DNA of 64,000 bases from Verrucomicrobiota bacterium (GTDB lineage Bacteria > Verrucomicrobiota > Lentisphaeria > Lentisphaerales > Lentisphaeraceae), in contig JBDKFG010000008.1 in assembly GCA_039798785.1 (NCBI GenBank), forward strand, positions 32,001 to 96,000, in the 5' to 3' direction. Position 1 is the first letter of the stretch, and every line of letters begins with the position of its first letter. Shown in pieces: positions 11,880 to 20,884 of this stretch. The notes under the pieces were generated by a model, which saw only the letters and a program-made list of their open reading frames with translations, did no database searches and was not told where the DNA came from. The position numbers were made by a program, and so were the translations under genes.

Positions 11880-12266
11880 TCACTGCCCCTTGCGATAAAC
11901 CTGGTCGGGATCGAAGACGGGCTCAGAGTCGATGAGACTTGAGCCGTCGGCGCCGATGCGATGGAAGAAGCAGGAGATCCGGCCGGTATGGCAGGCGGCT
12001 CCTTTTTTCTGTCGCACTTTCAGGAGAATGGCGTCGGCGTCGCAGTCAAGACGAGCCTCGACCAGCTCCTGGATGGCGCCCGATTCGTCGCCTTTGTACC
12101 AGAGCTTGTTGCGGGAACGGGAGAAATAGACACCGCGCTGCAGACGCAAGGTCTCCTCCCAGGCCTGGCGGTTCATATAGGCGAGCATCAGCACGGTGCC
12201 GCTGTCGGCGTCCTGGCAGATCGCCGGCAGCAGGCCGTCGGGGCTTTTGGCGAAGTCGGGCTGCAT
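11880..12266 (-). CDS. hisI: Phosphoribosyl-AMP cyclohydrolase
   Basis: GLLPAICQD, VLMLAYMN, YFSRSR..LWYKGDESG, DCDAD, ACHTGRISCFF. Confidence 0.95.
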   Translation of the reverse strand: MQPDFAKSPDGLLPAICQDADSGTVLMLAYMNRQAWEETLRLQRGVYFSRSRNKLWYKGDESGAIQELVEARLDCDADAILLKVRQKKGAACHTGRISCFFHRIGADGSSLIDSEPVFDPDQVYRKGQ

Positions 12267-12267
12267 C

Positions 12268-12579
12268 TCAGAGCCCGAGGACCGCTTTCAAGGCGCCTTG
12301 GGCGTGAAGCTCCTTCATGATATCGACCCCGCCGACAAGCTCGCCTTTGACGATCAGCATGGGGTAGGTGGGCCAGTCGAAATACTCCTTGCAGGCTTCG
12401 CGCAGCCCCGACTCGGAAAGGACATCGGCATAGCCGAATTCGACGTCGTAATTGGCGAGGATCTCGACTGCGGTCTTGCTGAAGCCGCAAACCGGGAAGG
12501 AGGGCGTTCCTTTCATGTAGATGAACACCGGATTGAGGCTGACTTCATTGGCGATGCGTTGGCGGATGGCTTCTTCCAT
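12268..12579 (-). CDS. grxD: Monothiol glutaredoxin (Grx4)
   Basis: MKGTPSFPVCGFS, WPTYPML, GELVGGVDI. Confidence 0.93.
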   Translation of the reverse strand: MEEAIRQRIANEVSLNPVFIYMKGTPSFPVCGFSKTAVEILANYDVEFGYADVLSESGLREACKEYFDWPTYPMLIVKGELVGGVDIMKELHAQGALKAVLGL

Positions 12580-12666
12580 GGGGAATCCTGGGGATGGAGA
12601 TGTGTGACGAGGCAAGAAAGCATGAAGTGGCGAAGTCGCCAGGTCGATGCTCGGGCTATGCGAGAC

Positions 12667-13260
12667 TCAAGGATAGAGAAGTCCCTCGGTCCAGCTGCCG
12701 TCGGGCTGCAGGTCATAGCGCAGGCGCTCGTGCAGACGGAATTCCTTCTTGCACCAGAACTCCATCCGGTCGGGCTTGACCCGGAAGCCACCCCAGTAAG
12801 CAGGTCGCGGCACTTCGCCATTGAGGAAGCGCTTGGCCAACTCGACCGTGACTTCCTTGACGAAGGTGGAATGCGAGGCGAGAGGACGCGACTGCTGCGA
12901 CGCCGTGGCGCCGAGCTTCGAAATCAGGGGCCGGGAATGGAAATATTTCTCCGAGTCCTCGACGCTGACCTTCTCGACCTTGCCTTCGACCCGGATCTGG
13001 ATGCCGAGCTTCTCCCACCAGAAACACAAGGCGGCGAAAGGATGACGCTCCAACTCGCGCCCCTTGCGGCTCTCGTAGTTGGTGAAGAAGACGAAGCCGT
13101 TTTCGTCGACTTCCTTGAGCAGGACGACGCGGCAGTCGGGTCGGCCATCTTCGCCGACGGTGGCCAGGGTCATCCAGTTCGGTTCTTCCCAGATGCCGGT
13201 GGCTTCCGCGTCTTTCAGGTGCTGGCGGAAGCGGCTGATCAGTTCGGTCGTGGTCTTCAT
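12667..13260 (-). CDS. pdxH: Pyridoxamine 5'-phosphate oxidase
   Basis: MTLATV..DGRPDCRVVLLK, FFTNYESRKG, QIRVEG, YFHSRP, WGGFRVKP..EFW...RLHER, LYP. RBS AAGGAG. Confidence 0.95.
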   Translation of the reverse strand: MKTTTELISRFRQHLKDAEATGIWEEPNWMTLATVGEDGRPDCRVVLLKEVDENGFVFFTNYESRKGRELERHPFAALCFWWEKLGIQIRVEGKVEKVSVEDSEKYFHSRPLISKLGATASQQSRPLASHSTFVKEVTVELAKRFLNGEVPRPAYWGGFRVKPDRMEFWCKKEFRLHERLRYDLQPDGSWTEGLLYP

Positions 13261-13403
13261 CGTCTCTCCTTGAGTTTGTGCAGCCGCCAATATGCCACGG
13301 CTACGCCACTCGGCACGTCTCATATCCGGGATGGCTGCCCTGCCCATATGGACTGCAAACGGCGCAAGCCCCCGACAAGAAGTTTTTAGAACTGTGACTG
13401 AGC

Positions 13404-13617
13404 CTAAATTCCGCAGCCGCGGAATGGAGCCGGGTTGAAAGGTTGGAAGGTTGAAAGGCAAATACATGAACAACAGCGACAAATGACGATTCTAGTTCAA
13501 CCTGCATGACTGCCAGCCGGAGGAGTTGCCGAGCGCCCTCGAACACCATAACCTCTTGCCGTTGTAGCTGATCCTTTCAACCTTTAAACCTTCCAACCTT
13601 TCAACTGCGGTTTTTAG
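13404..13617. mobile_element. MITE-like non-autonomous element, copy 1
   Basis: Terminal IR CTAAATTCCGCAG / CTGCGGTTTTTAG; facing 8-bp tandem arms (GGTTGAAA) and (TTTCAACC); flanking near-duplication ACTGAGC/GCTGAGC; near-identical copy at 40027-40232. Confidence 0.75.
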
Positions 13618-13718
13618 GCTGAGCCCTGCGAAGCGCCGTGCTTTCAACGGAATGTGAGGATTGGCCGGCGGTTGAGCCGAATCGGAAAACCCCCGGGGGA
13701 TAAGGGCGGAAGGCCAAG

Positions 13719-14582
13719 TCAATCGGTCGGGAAGAATGGCTCGGCGGGATTGACGCCGTAGACGCAGATGCCGAGATCGTCGAGCGCGGCGAGTACGCGC
13801 ACGCGGTCGATGAAAAGGGTGAGTCCGGCTTGGAGGATCAGGCTGCGGGCCTTGGCGGCGGCGAGGGAGTCGACGGTGCGCATTCCGATCACCGGGATAT
13901 CGAAGCGCAGGTCGTGGCCGTCTTTGGCGACCTTGATGACGGTGACGCCGCCGCGTCCGAGTTCGCCGCCGCGGAGGATGCAGCGGTCGGTGCCTTCGAA
14001 GCCTTCCACGGCGAGGATGCTGCCGCGCTTCACCACCAGGGACTGGCCGATGTCGAGGCGGGCGCATTCCCGCGCCAGTTTCCATCCGTAGCTGGCGTCG
14101 GCGGCGCGCGATGGGTCGAGGGCGATGCGGCCGAGCTGGCCGGGGCTGGCGAGGCAGGAATCGAGGAAGGAGTGGGCCGGAAGGACCGAGAGGCCGCCCT
14201 CTTCGAAGCAATCGCAGATCGCCCCGAAAAGACTGTGGGCGTTTTTCTCTTTCAAACGGGCGAGAATCTTGAAGGCGCGCAGATCGGGACGGATGCCGCC
14301 GAAGAGGCGGGTCGGCTTGACCTGGCCGATCATCATCAACTGGCTCACTTGCCGTTTCCGGCAGGAATCGATCACCTTGCCGATCTGGCCGACATGGACC
14401 CAGTCGCAGCTATCCGCCTCGCTCGCCAAAGCGGGCTCGGCCTCGTCGATCAGGCCGACGACGTGGATCCGCGGCACCCCGGCGGCGCGGGCGGCGCGGA
14501 GGGCGGCAAAGGGGTACATCCCGCGACCGGCGAGGAGGCAGAGCGGCTGGTCAAGGGCGGGGCGGGGGTAGGAGCGGAGCAT
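13719..14582 (-). CDS. lpxI: UDP-2,3-diacylglucosamine diphosphatase LpxI (DUF1009)
   Basis: LLAGRGMYP, VGQIGKVI, LDIGQSLVV, AVEGFEGTD, DLRFDIPVIG. Confidence 0.9.
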   Translation of the reverse strand: MLRSYPRPALDQPLCLLAGRGMYPFAALRAARAAGVPRIHVVGLIDEAEPALASEADSCDWVHVGQIGKVIDSCRKRQVSQLMMIGQVKPTRLFGGIRPDLRAFKILARLKEKNAHSLFGAICDCFEEGGLSVLPAHSFLDSCLASPGQLGRIALDPSRAADASYGWKLARECARLDIGQSLVVKRGSILAVEGFEGTDRCILRGGELGRGGVTVIKVAKDGHDLRFDIPVIGMRTVDSLAAAKARSLILQAGLTLFIDRVRVLAALDDLGICVYGVNPAEPFFPTD

Positions 14583-14619
14583 GGGTGGAAAGGGTGGGAG
14601 GGGTTGGAAGGGTGGGAGG
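14583..14619. repeat. Short degenerate 9-bp tandem repeat upstream of lpxI
   Basis: gggtggaag-ggtgggagg-ggttggaag-ggtgggagg. Confidence 0.6.
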
Positions 14620-14663
14620 CGTGGGGGCGAAGTCTTGGGTCTCTGCGTCCTGAGTTTGGCTTT

Positions 14664-15098
14664 TCAGTCGCGGGTGGGAATGATTTTACTGATGCAAAGG
14701 CCTAGGCTGTTATCTTGAGTGAGCACAACAGCATCAAATCCGTACTCGCGGCACCAAGCGGTGATCCGCTGGATGTACTCGGCCTCTTTGTCCCACTCCG
14801 CCTTGCCTTGCGAGACTTTGAGAAAACTCCTGTGTTGAACCGCTGCCAATAGTGGTTTCAGATCCTCGATTTTACTAAGTTTGATCCATTCGTGCCGAGT
14901 CTGATCGAAGACCTGGATGCCCTGATGATAATCGAGCGAAATCGAAAGCGCGGACTGCTCCAAGGCTTCATCCATTTTGCTCGCATCTGACGAGGCCGCG
15001 TAGAAACCCGTTTCCACCGTTTCCAGCGGCGATTGGCTTTGGCAGCCCGCCCCGAGGAGGAGAGCCAGGAGGAGGACAAGAGGAGCGGGGCGGGTCAT
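14664..15098 (-). CDS. Hypothetical lipoprotein
   Basis: MTRPAPLVLLLALLLGAGC lipobox; the body has lower GC than its neighbours. Confidence 0.6.
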   Translation of the reverse strand: MTRPAPLVLLLALLLGAGCQSQSPLETVETGFYAASSDASKMDEALEQSALSISLDYHQGIQVFDQTRHEWIKLSKIEDLKPLLAAVQHRSFLKVSQGKAEWDKEAEYIQRITAWCREYGFDAVVLTQDNSLGLCISKIIPTRD

Positions 15099-15143
15099 GT
15101 GAGGATTCCTGGTTGAGGCTTGAGTTTGCGCTTGTCGCGTTGA

Positions 15144-15223
15144 TCTGGGGCCGCCGCAATCCTTGCGTTGCTGCTGCTGGAGCAGAAGGAGCGAAACGCC
15201 GCAAGGATTGCGGCGGCCCCAGA
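15144..15223. repeat. REP-like inverted repeat pair
   Basis: Perfect 24-bp IR TCTGGGGCCGCCGCAATCCTTGCG (15144-15167) / CGCAAGGATTGCGGCGGCCCCAGA (15200-15223). Confidence 0.75.
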
Positions 15224-15298
15224 GAGCGCTGAGAGCGCAGCCGGCGGGACGCCAGCGATCCAATAGGCTTCTGTCCGTCGATCTGCGGTCGGGACGTT

Positions 15299-16009
15299 TC
15301 ATTTCCCCTGGCTCCAGATCACTGCAAGCTCGAGCAGCTGGCCTTCGGCGGCGGGCTCTTTGCCCTGGGCTTCACGCAGGATGAGGCGCTGACGGGCGGC
15401 GGCAAGGGCGAGGGCGTCGAGCTTGGCATCGCCGCAGCCCGAGATCATCTGGACCGCCCAGATGCCACCGAGGTGGACGGCGCGGAGGCGGGTTTCGGCG
15501 CCGGCTGCAGGCGGAGCGACGGGAGCGGCGAGGGGGCAAGGCAATACCGCCTGGCCGTCTTCGAGCCAGAGAGGCCAGGAGGGTGCCACCAGCTTGAGCT
15601 TCTCGGCCGGGGCGGGCGGCAGGGGCCAGGCGTCGGCGGCGCTGCGGCGCAGATCTGGGCTGGCCAGTGACGGGCCGAGGACGGGTTCCGGCCAGGGCGT
15701 GGAGGGCAGCTCGGTGCTTTGACGCGGCAGGGCGATCTCGGCCAAATCCCCGCGGGGCAAGGGCGGCAGGGGCAGGCTGACGGCGCGCCGGGGGTCGTCG
15801 AGATCTTCCAAGGCGCGCAATTCGGCGGCGGCGGGATCGTCGGCTCGGACGGCATAGACCAGGCTGATCGAGGCGCCCGGGTCGATCCTCGGCGGCGGCT
15901 CATCGGCGACCCGGAAAAGCAAGAGCGGAGCGGCGATACAGAGGAGGCAGACGCCGAAAATCGCCATCACAGGCCGCGGCTGCCGCCGGCTCGGCTTAGT
16001 CCGCAGCAC
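15299..16009 (-). CDS. TonB-like membrane-anchored Pro-rich protein
   Basis: One N-terminal TM helix, Pro-rich linker, C-terminal ISGCGDAKLDALALAAAR resembling the TonB_C SSG..LD.AA motif; downstream of exbB/exbD. Confidence 0.55.
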   Translation of the reverse strand: MLRTKPSRRQPRPVMAIFGVCLLCIAAPLLLFRVADEPPPRIDPGASISLVYAVRADDPAAAELRALEDLDDPRRAVSLPLPPLPRGDLAEIALPRQSTELPSTPWPEPVLGPSLASPDLRRSAADAWPLPPAPAEKLKLVAPSWPLWLEDGQAVLPCPLAAPVAPPAAGAETRLRAVHLGGIWAVQMISGCGDAKLDALALAAARQRLILREAQGKEPAAEGQLLELAVIWSQGK

Positions 16010-16472
16010 CTGCGGCCTCCGGTCGGGTTGGGGAAGGATCAGTGACGAGATTGACCGTGACGTTCAGGCGCTGTGCTGCGGCCAGAACCCGCATGATGCA
16101 GTCGTAGGGGACTTCTCGGCCCGCCTTGACCGAGACGATCGGGAGTCGCTCGCCGGGCAGGCGGCGCCCCTTGATCACGGAAGAGAGCTGGTAGTCGAGA
16201 TCGCTCCACTGGACGCGCCGGGCGTTGAAGAGGCAGATAGCCTCGTCAGGGCTGTTTCTGCTCTTGTCCTGCGGCATCGAGATGACGATGACCAGGCGTT
16301 CGGCGGCGAGGCTGCTGCCACCCTGGACCTTGGGCAGATTGACTTGGAAGCCGTGCTGGAAGTCGAAGGACATGGCGAGGATGAAGATGAAGGCCGCGTA
16401 GAAAAACACGCTCATGAAGGCCGCGGTGTCGAGGCGTCCGGTGAAAAGCTGCAGGCGTGTGCGGTAGCGCAT
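15996..16472 (-). CDS. exbD: ExbD/TolR-family biopolymer transport protein
   Basis: LDTAAFMSVFF TM, VNLPK, VSVKAGREVPYDCIMRVL; follows exbB. Confidence 0.75.
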   Translation of the reverse strand: MRYRTRLQLFTGRLDTAAFMSVFFYAAFIFILAMSFDFQHGFQVNLPKVQGGSSLAAERLVIVISMPQDKSRNSPDEAICLFNARRVQWSDLDYQLSSVIKGRRLPGERLPIVSVKAGREVPYDCIMRVLAAAQRLNVTVNLVTDPSPTRPEAAGAAD

Positions 16473-16485
16473 ATCAGGTGTTTTA

Positions 16486-16666
16486 GGGGTTTGAGGGGTT
16501 TGAGGAGTTGGAAGGGATCGAGGAGCTCAAATGCTGCTCGACCCCGAAGTGGGTCGGTGATTTTAGCCCAGGGTTGAGTCGCATCGGCGACACCCTGGGT
16601 TAGAAGCCGTGATGATTTCTGACCCTGAAGAGGTCGAAGGAGGCGTCCTGGGCTCGGGGAATTTAG
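16486..16666. repeat. Intergenic repeat cluster between exbB and exbD
   Basis: 9-bp tandem GGGGTTTGA units, hairpin TAGCCCAGGGT...ACCCTGGGTTA, and GGGGAATTTAG matching one end of the MITE. Confidence 0.5.
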
Positions 16667-16674
16667 GTTTGAGT

Positions 16675-17325
16675 TCAGACGCCGGGCTTATCGTTTTCAA
16701 CCTTGATGGCGTTATGGGTGAGGAAGTAGACGATTTCCGAGGCGGCCATGTTCATCTCGTTGATGATCGCCTGGACGCGGGTGACCAGGTAGTTGTAGAA
16801 CAGGTAGCTGGGGATGGCGACGATCAGGCCGGAGGCAGTGCAGATCAGAGCCGACTCCATGAAGGGGGCCATCGAGCTGAGGTTGATGGCGGCGGCGCCG
16901 CGTATGTGGCCGAAGGCCTGGATCATGCCTACCACGGTGCCAAGAAGGCCCAGCAGGGGGGCGATCTGGGCGATGGTGGCGAGAGCGGGGATGTTGCGTT
17001 CGAGGCGGGCGATTTCGACTTGCGTGACTTCATCGACGGCTTGGACGATGTCTTTTTCGGAAGCGCCGTTGCGGAGGATGGCGGCGCGGACGAGGTGGGC
17101 CACCGGACCCGGGGTGTCGTCGCAGATCGACACCGTTTCGACCAGGTTGTTGCGCTTCAGGTTGTTGAAGATGCCTTCGAGGAAGTCGCGGGTGTCGATC
17201 TGGCAGCGGTGGAAGTGAAAGAGTCGTTCGACGGTGATGAAGAGGGCGGCGGCGGCGAGGGCGATGATCGCCCAGATCACACCGGGGTCGTGCTTGAAGA
17301 CTTCGAGAAGACGTTCGAGGGTCAT
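16675..17325 (-). CDS. exbB: MotA/TolQ/ExbB proton channel protein
   Basis: LATIAQIAPLLGLLGTVVGMIQAF, ALICTASGLIVAIP. Confidence 0.88.
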   Translation of the reverse strand: MTLERLLEVFKHDPGVIWAIIALAAAALFITVERLFHFHRCQIDTRDFLEGIFNNLKRNNLVETVSICDDTPGPVAHLVRAAILRNGASEKDIVQAVDEVTQVEIARLERNIPALATIAQIAPLLGLLGTVVGMIQAFGHIRGAAAINLSSMAPFMESALICTASGLIVAIPSYLFYNYLVTRVQAIINEMNMAASEIVYFLTHNAIKVENDKPGV

Positions 17326-17338
17326 GGCTGGCTCCTGG

Positions 17339-18874
17339 TCAGGCGAAGGGGCTGACGAGCTTCATCGCCTGCGGGATGAGCTCGGGCATGTCGTCGGCGG
17401 CGAGGCCGCGGATGCCGTGGGGGGAGAGTTCGCCGGCGAGGCCGTGGATGAAGACGGCGATGCGGACCGCGGCGCTGAGATCGGATTCGATCGCGGCATA
17501 GGCGCCGATCAGTCCGGCGAGGACGTCGCCGGAGCCGGCAGTGGCGAGGGCGGAGGAGCCCGAGCTGTTGATCCAGCGGCGGCCGTCGGGCGTGATGATG
17601 CGCGAGTTCTGGCCCTTGAAGACGAAGACGGCGCCGAGCAGCTTGGCGAGCTCACCGGCCTGCTCCTCGGGGTCGATGCTGGAGATGCCGAATTCCTGAG
17701 CCAGGCGCTTGAGCTCGCCGGCATGAGGGGTGAGGCAGACCGGCGCGCTGCGTGGAAAGAGGGCGCGCAGGGGATGGATGTGGGCGAGAGCGCCGGCGTC
17801 GAGCACAACTTTCTTGTCGGAGCGGAGCACCGCCTCGATGACGCCGCGTTCCTCGGCGGCGCCGCTGAGACCTGGGCCGACGACGACGCTGTGGGCACGG
17901 GCCAGGGGCTTGCCGAGAAGGGGCAGATGCGAAGCGGCCAGGGTCAGTCCGTCGCCGGGAAGCGGGATCTGCACCAGCGCCGAGTGAGTGTTCGAGACGG
18001 TGACGATGGCTGAGGAAGGACGGGCGAGGGTGACCATGCCGGCGCCGCCGCGGAGGGCGGCGGCCGCGGCGAGCAGAGGCGCACCGGAGAACTGCGAGCT
18101 GCCGCCAATGACCAGGACGTCGCCGCAGTCGTACTTGTGCCAATGCGAGGGGCGGCGGCGGATCAGAGGACAGACGTCCGGAGTGAAGAGGGCTTCGCCT
18201 TCCGAAGGAGCCAGCTCCAACAAGTGCGAAGGAAAGCCGATGTCGACGCAGCGAAGGCGGCCGGTGTGCCGGGGGCCGTCGCCGGCGAAATAGCCCCGTT
18301 TAGGCAGGCCGATGGCGATGGTCAGGTCGGCAACCACCGCCGCCCCCATGGCGAGACCGCTGCTGCCGTTCAGACCGGAGGCGATGTCGACGGCGACCAC
18401 CGGCAGGCCGGAGGCGTTCAGATCGTGAATCATTCCGAGATAGGGCTGGCGGACCGGACGGTTGACGCCGGTGCCGAAGATGCAGTCGACGACGATGTCG
18501 CCGCGGCGCAGGTGTTCGCTGAGGAAGGAGACTCGTTCGAACTGGACATCGCCGGAGGCCAGGAGGGCGCGGGCCTTGTCTTCGGCGTCGGACTTGAGTT
18601 GTTCGATCGAATGGGAGCAATAAACCGCGACGGGCCAGCGCTTCATCTCGGCGAGGAGGCGGGCGATGACGAAGCCGTCGCCGCCGTTGTTGCCCTTGCC
18701 GCAGACGACGACGACGCGCAGGGCGTGGTCAGGGTGGATGGTGTCGAGGAAATGACAGATTTCGCGCGCGGCGGCGGCGCCGGCGCGCTCCATCAGCTCG
18801 GCTGAGCTGAGGTAGCCGCCGGAAATGGTTCCTTCATCGATGTCGCGCATCGCTTCGGCAGTGACGATCTTCAT
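17339..18874 (-). CDS. nnr: Bifunctional NAD(P)H-hydrate epimerase/dehydratase
   Basis: LMERAG, CGKGNNGGDG, DCIFGTG, AVDIASG (YjeF_N); HKYDCG, GPGL, LTPHAGE, LATAGSGDVLAG (dehydratase). Confidence 0.95.
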   Translation of the reverse strand: MKIVTAEAMRDIDEGTISGGYLSSAELMERAGAAAAREICHFLDTIHPDHALRVVVVCGKGNNGGDGFVIARLLAEMKRWPVAVYCSHSIEQLKSDAEDKARALLASGDVQFERVSFLSEHLRRGDIVVDCIFGTGVNRPVRQPYLGMIHDLNASGLPVVAVDIASGLNGSSGLAMGAAVVADLTIAIGLPKRGYFAGDGPRHTGRLRCVDIGFPSHLLELAPSEGEALFTPDVCPLIRRRPSHWHKYDCGDVLVIGGSSQFSGAPLLAAAAALRGGAGMVTLARPSSAIVTVSNTHSALVQIPLPGDGLTLAASHLPLLGKPLARAHSVVVGPGLSGAAEERGVIEAVLRSDKKVVLDAGALAHIHPLRALFPRSAPVCLTPHAGELKRLAQEFGISSIDPEEQAGELAKLLGAVFVFKGQNSRIITPDGRRWINSSGSSALATAGSGDVLAGLIGAYAAIESDLSAAVRIAVFIHGLAGELSPHGIRGLAADDMPELIPQAMKLVSPFA

Positions 18875-18991
18875 GGGGGGCTCCTTGCGAAATGAGACTT
18901 GGAATCCACCTATTCTACACCGCGAAGCGAGGCATCGCCGCTCTCCCGGATTACATTCTCTCGAATGAACCAGTTCAGGAGACGGATTCCC

Positions 18992-19501
18992 ATGACGGCG
19001 AGCGGCAGGAAAGAGTTGAAGGCGGTCACTGTCTGGTGCGACGGAGCCTGCAAGGGGAACCCCGGGCCAGGCGGCTACGGCGCCATACTCCTCTCAGGGG
19101 ACAAGCGCAAGGAGCTCTCCGCCGGCTACCGCCGCACCACCAACAACCGGATGGAGATGCTCGGCTTGATCATTTCCCTGGAAACCCTCAAGTTTCCTTG
19201 CCGGGTGACGGTCTACAGCGATTCCAAATACGTTGTCGACAGCCTGAACCTGGGCTATCCCCGGCGCTGGCGCCAGAACGGCTGGAAACTCGCGGACAAG
19301 AAGCCGGCCAAGAATGTCGACCTCTGGCAGCGACTCCTCGACCAGGTCGAGCGCCACCAGGTCGAGCTCCATTGGGTCAAAGGCCACGCCGGCACCGAGC
19401 TTAACGAAGCCGTCGATCAGCTTGCCAACCTGGCCATCAAAAACACTTCGGCCCTGCTGATCGACGAGGCCTTCGAGAAAGAGACGGATCTCTTCGGGTA
19501 G
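18992..19501 (+). CDS. rnhA: Ribonuclease HI
   Basis: DGACKGNPGPGGYG, TTNNRME, YSDSKYV, KNVDLW, WVKGHAG..NEAVDQLA. Confidence 0.96.
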   Translation: MTASGRKELKAVTVWCDGACKGNPGPGGYGAILLSGDKRKELSAGYRRTTNNRMEMLGLIISLETLKFPCRVTVYSDSKYVVDSLNLGYPRRWRQNGWKLADKKPAKNVDLWQRLLDQVERHQVELHWVKGHAGTELNEAVDQLANLAIKNTSALLIDEAFEKETDLFG

Positions 19502-19635
19502 ATTCGGCAGATGATCAGAGACACGAGCCCCATCACGCAAGGCCGCCGGTTTCACCATGACGACAACTAGCCTCGCGCCTGCATGGTGCTATTTTCCCCT
19601 TCTGACATCAACCCCAGAGCCCGGGAGCCCCGCAA

Positions 19636-20829
19636 ATGAGCGCCGCTTTGACTAAGCAAGACTTCGCCGAGTACATAGTCCCCACCTATAAGCCCGCCAT
19701 CCTGATGAAGCGCGGCATGGGCTGCCGCCTCTGGGACGACGCCGGCCAGGAATATCTCGACTTCGCCGCCGGCATCAGCGTCTGCAACCTCGGCCACTGC
19801 CACCCCGGCGTGACCGCCGCCATCGCCCGCCAGGCCGCCACCCTCGTCCATACCTCCAACGTCTTCATGAACGAGAACGCTCCCGAGCTGGCCAAGCAGA
19901 TCGTCCGCCACAGCTTCGACGGCAAGGTCTTCTTCTCCAACTCCGGCGCCGAGGCCAACGAAGGGATGATCAAGGCCGCCCGCCGCTGGGGCTGGGCTCA
20001 TGGCGGCCGCCATGACATCATCTGCCTGCACGACTCCTTCCACGGCCGCACCCTCGCCGCCCTCGCCGCCACCGGCCGCGCCAAATACCGCGAAGGCTTC
20101 GGCCCCGACATGGCCGGCTTCACCCACGTCCCCGCCAACGACCTCGCCGCCGTCGAAGCCGCAATCACCGAGAAAACCGTCGCCATCATGTGCGAATCCA
20201 TCCTCGGCGAAGGCGGCGTCCTGCCCCTCACCGACGACTACCTGCGCGCCCTCCGCAAACTCTGCGATGACCGCAATCTCCTCCTCCTCGCCGACGAAGT
20301 TCAGGCCGGCATGGGCCGCACCGGCAAATGGTGGGGCTGGCAGCACAGCGACATCACCCCCGACATCATGTCCTTCGCCAAGGGCATCGGCAACGGCTTC
20401 CCCTTGGGCGGCTTCGTCCTCGGCCGCCACCTCGACGGCACCCTGCCCTATCTGTCGCACGGCACCACCTACGGCGGCAACGCCCTCGCCACCGCCGCCG
20501 GCCTGGCGGTGATGAGCGCGATGGAAAGCGAAGGCGTGATCGACAACGTCCACCGCGTCAGCGCCCGCATCTTCGAACGCCTCAACGGCCTCCGCGAGCG
20601 CTTCCCGAAACTGATCACCGAAGTCCGCGGCCGCGGCCTGATGATCGGCATCGAGATCACCAAGACCCCCGCCGACATCGTCGCCGCCGCACGCGCCAAA
20701 CACCTGCTCATCCTCGCCGCCGGCGACAAGGCCCTCCGCCTCCTGCCGCCCCTCAACATCTCGCTCGCCGACGCCGACAAGGCCATCGACGTGCTCGAAG
20801 GCGTGCTCGCGGAAGCCGCGAAGAACTGA
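19636..20829 (+). CDS. argD: Acetylornithine aminotransferase
   Basis: YLDFAAGISV..LGHCHP, NSGAEANE, SFHGRT, DEVQAGMGRTG, AKGIGNG, HGTTYGGN; adjacent to argF. Confidence 0.92.
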   Translation: MSAALTKQDFAEYIVPTYKPAILMKRGMGCRLWDDAGQEYLDFAAGISVCNLGHCHPGVTAAIARQAATLVHTSNVFMNENAPELAKQIVRHSFDGKVFFSNSGAEANEGMIKAARRWGWAHGGRHDIICLHDSFHGRTLAALAATGRAKYREGFGPDMAGFTHVPANDLAAVEAAITEKTVAIMCESILGEGGVLPLTDDYLRALRKLCDDRNLLLLADEVQAGMGRTGKWWGWQHSDITPDIMSFAKGIGNGFPLGGFVLGRHLDGTLPYLSHGTTYGGNALATAAGLAVMSAMESEGVIDNVHRVSARIFERLNGLRERFPKLITEVRGRGLMIGIEITKTPADIVAAARAKHLLILAAGDKALRLLPPLNISLADADKAIDVLEGVLAEAAKN

Positions 20830-20840
20830 GTGCTTGCCTT

Positions 20841-20871
20841 CAATTCTTAATTCTTAATTCTTAATTCTTAA
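20841..20871. repeat. 7-bp tandem repeat (AATTCTT)x4 between argD and argF
   Basis: caattcttaattcttaattcttaattcttaa. Confidence 0.85.
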
Positions 20872-20884
20872 CTGAGCACCCCCC

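Noticed and set aside
13301..13549. Small ORFs over the MITE copies (also 39885..40097, 40022..40219)
   Set aside because: They arise from the repeat sequence and show no transposase or other motifs.
16675..17325. Flagellar stator MotA
   Set aside because: The partner is ExbD-like with no OmpA-type peptidoglycan-binding domain, and a TonB-like gene follows.
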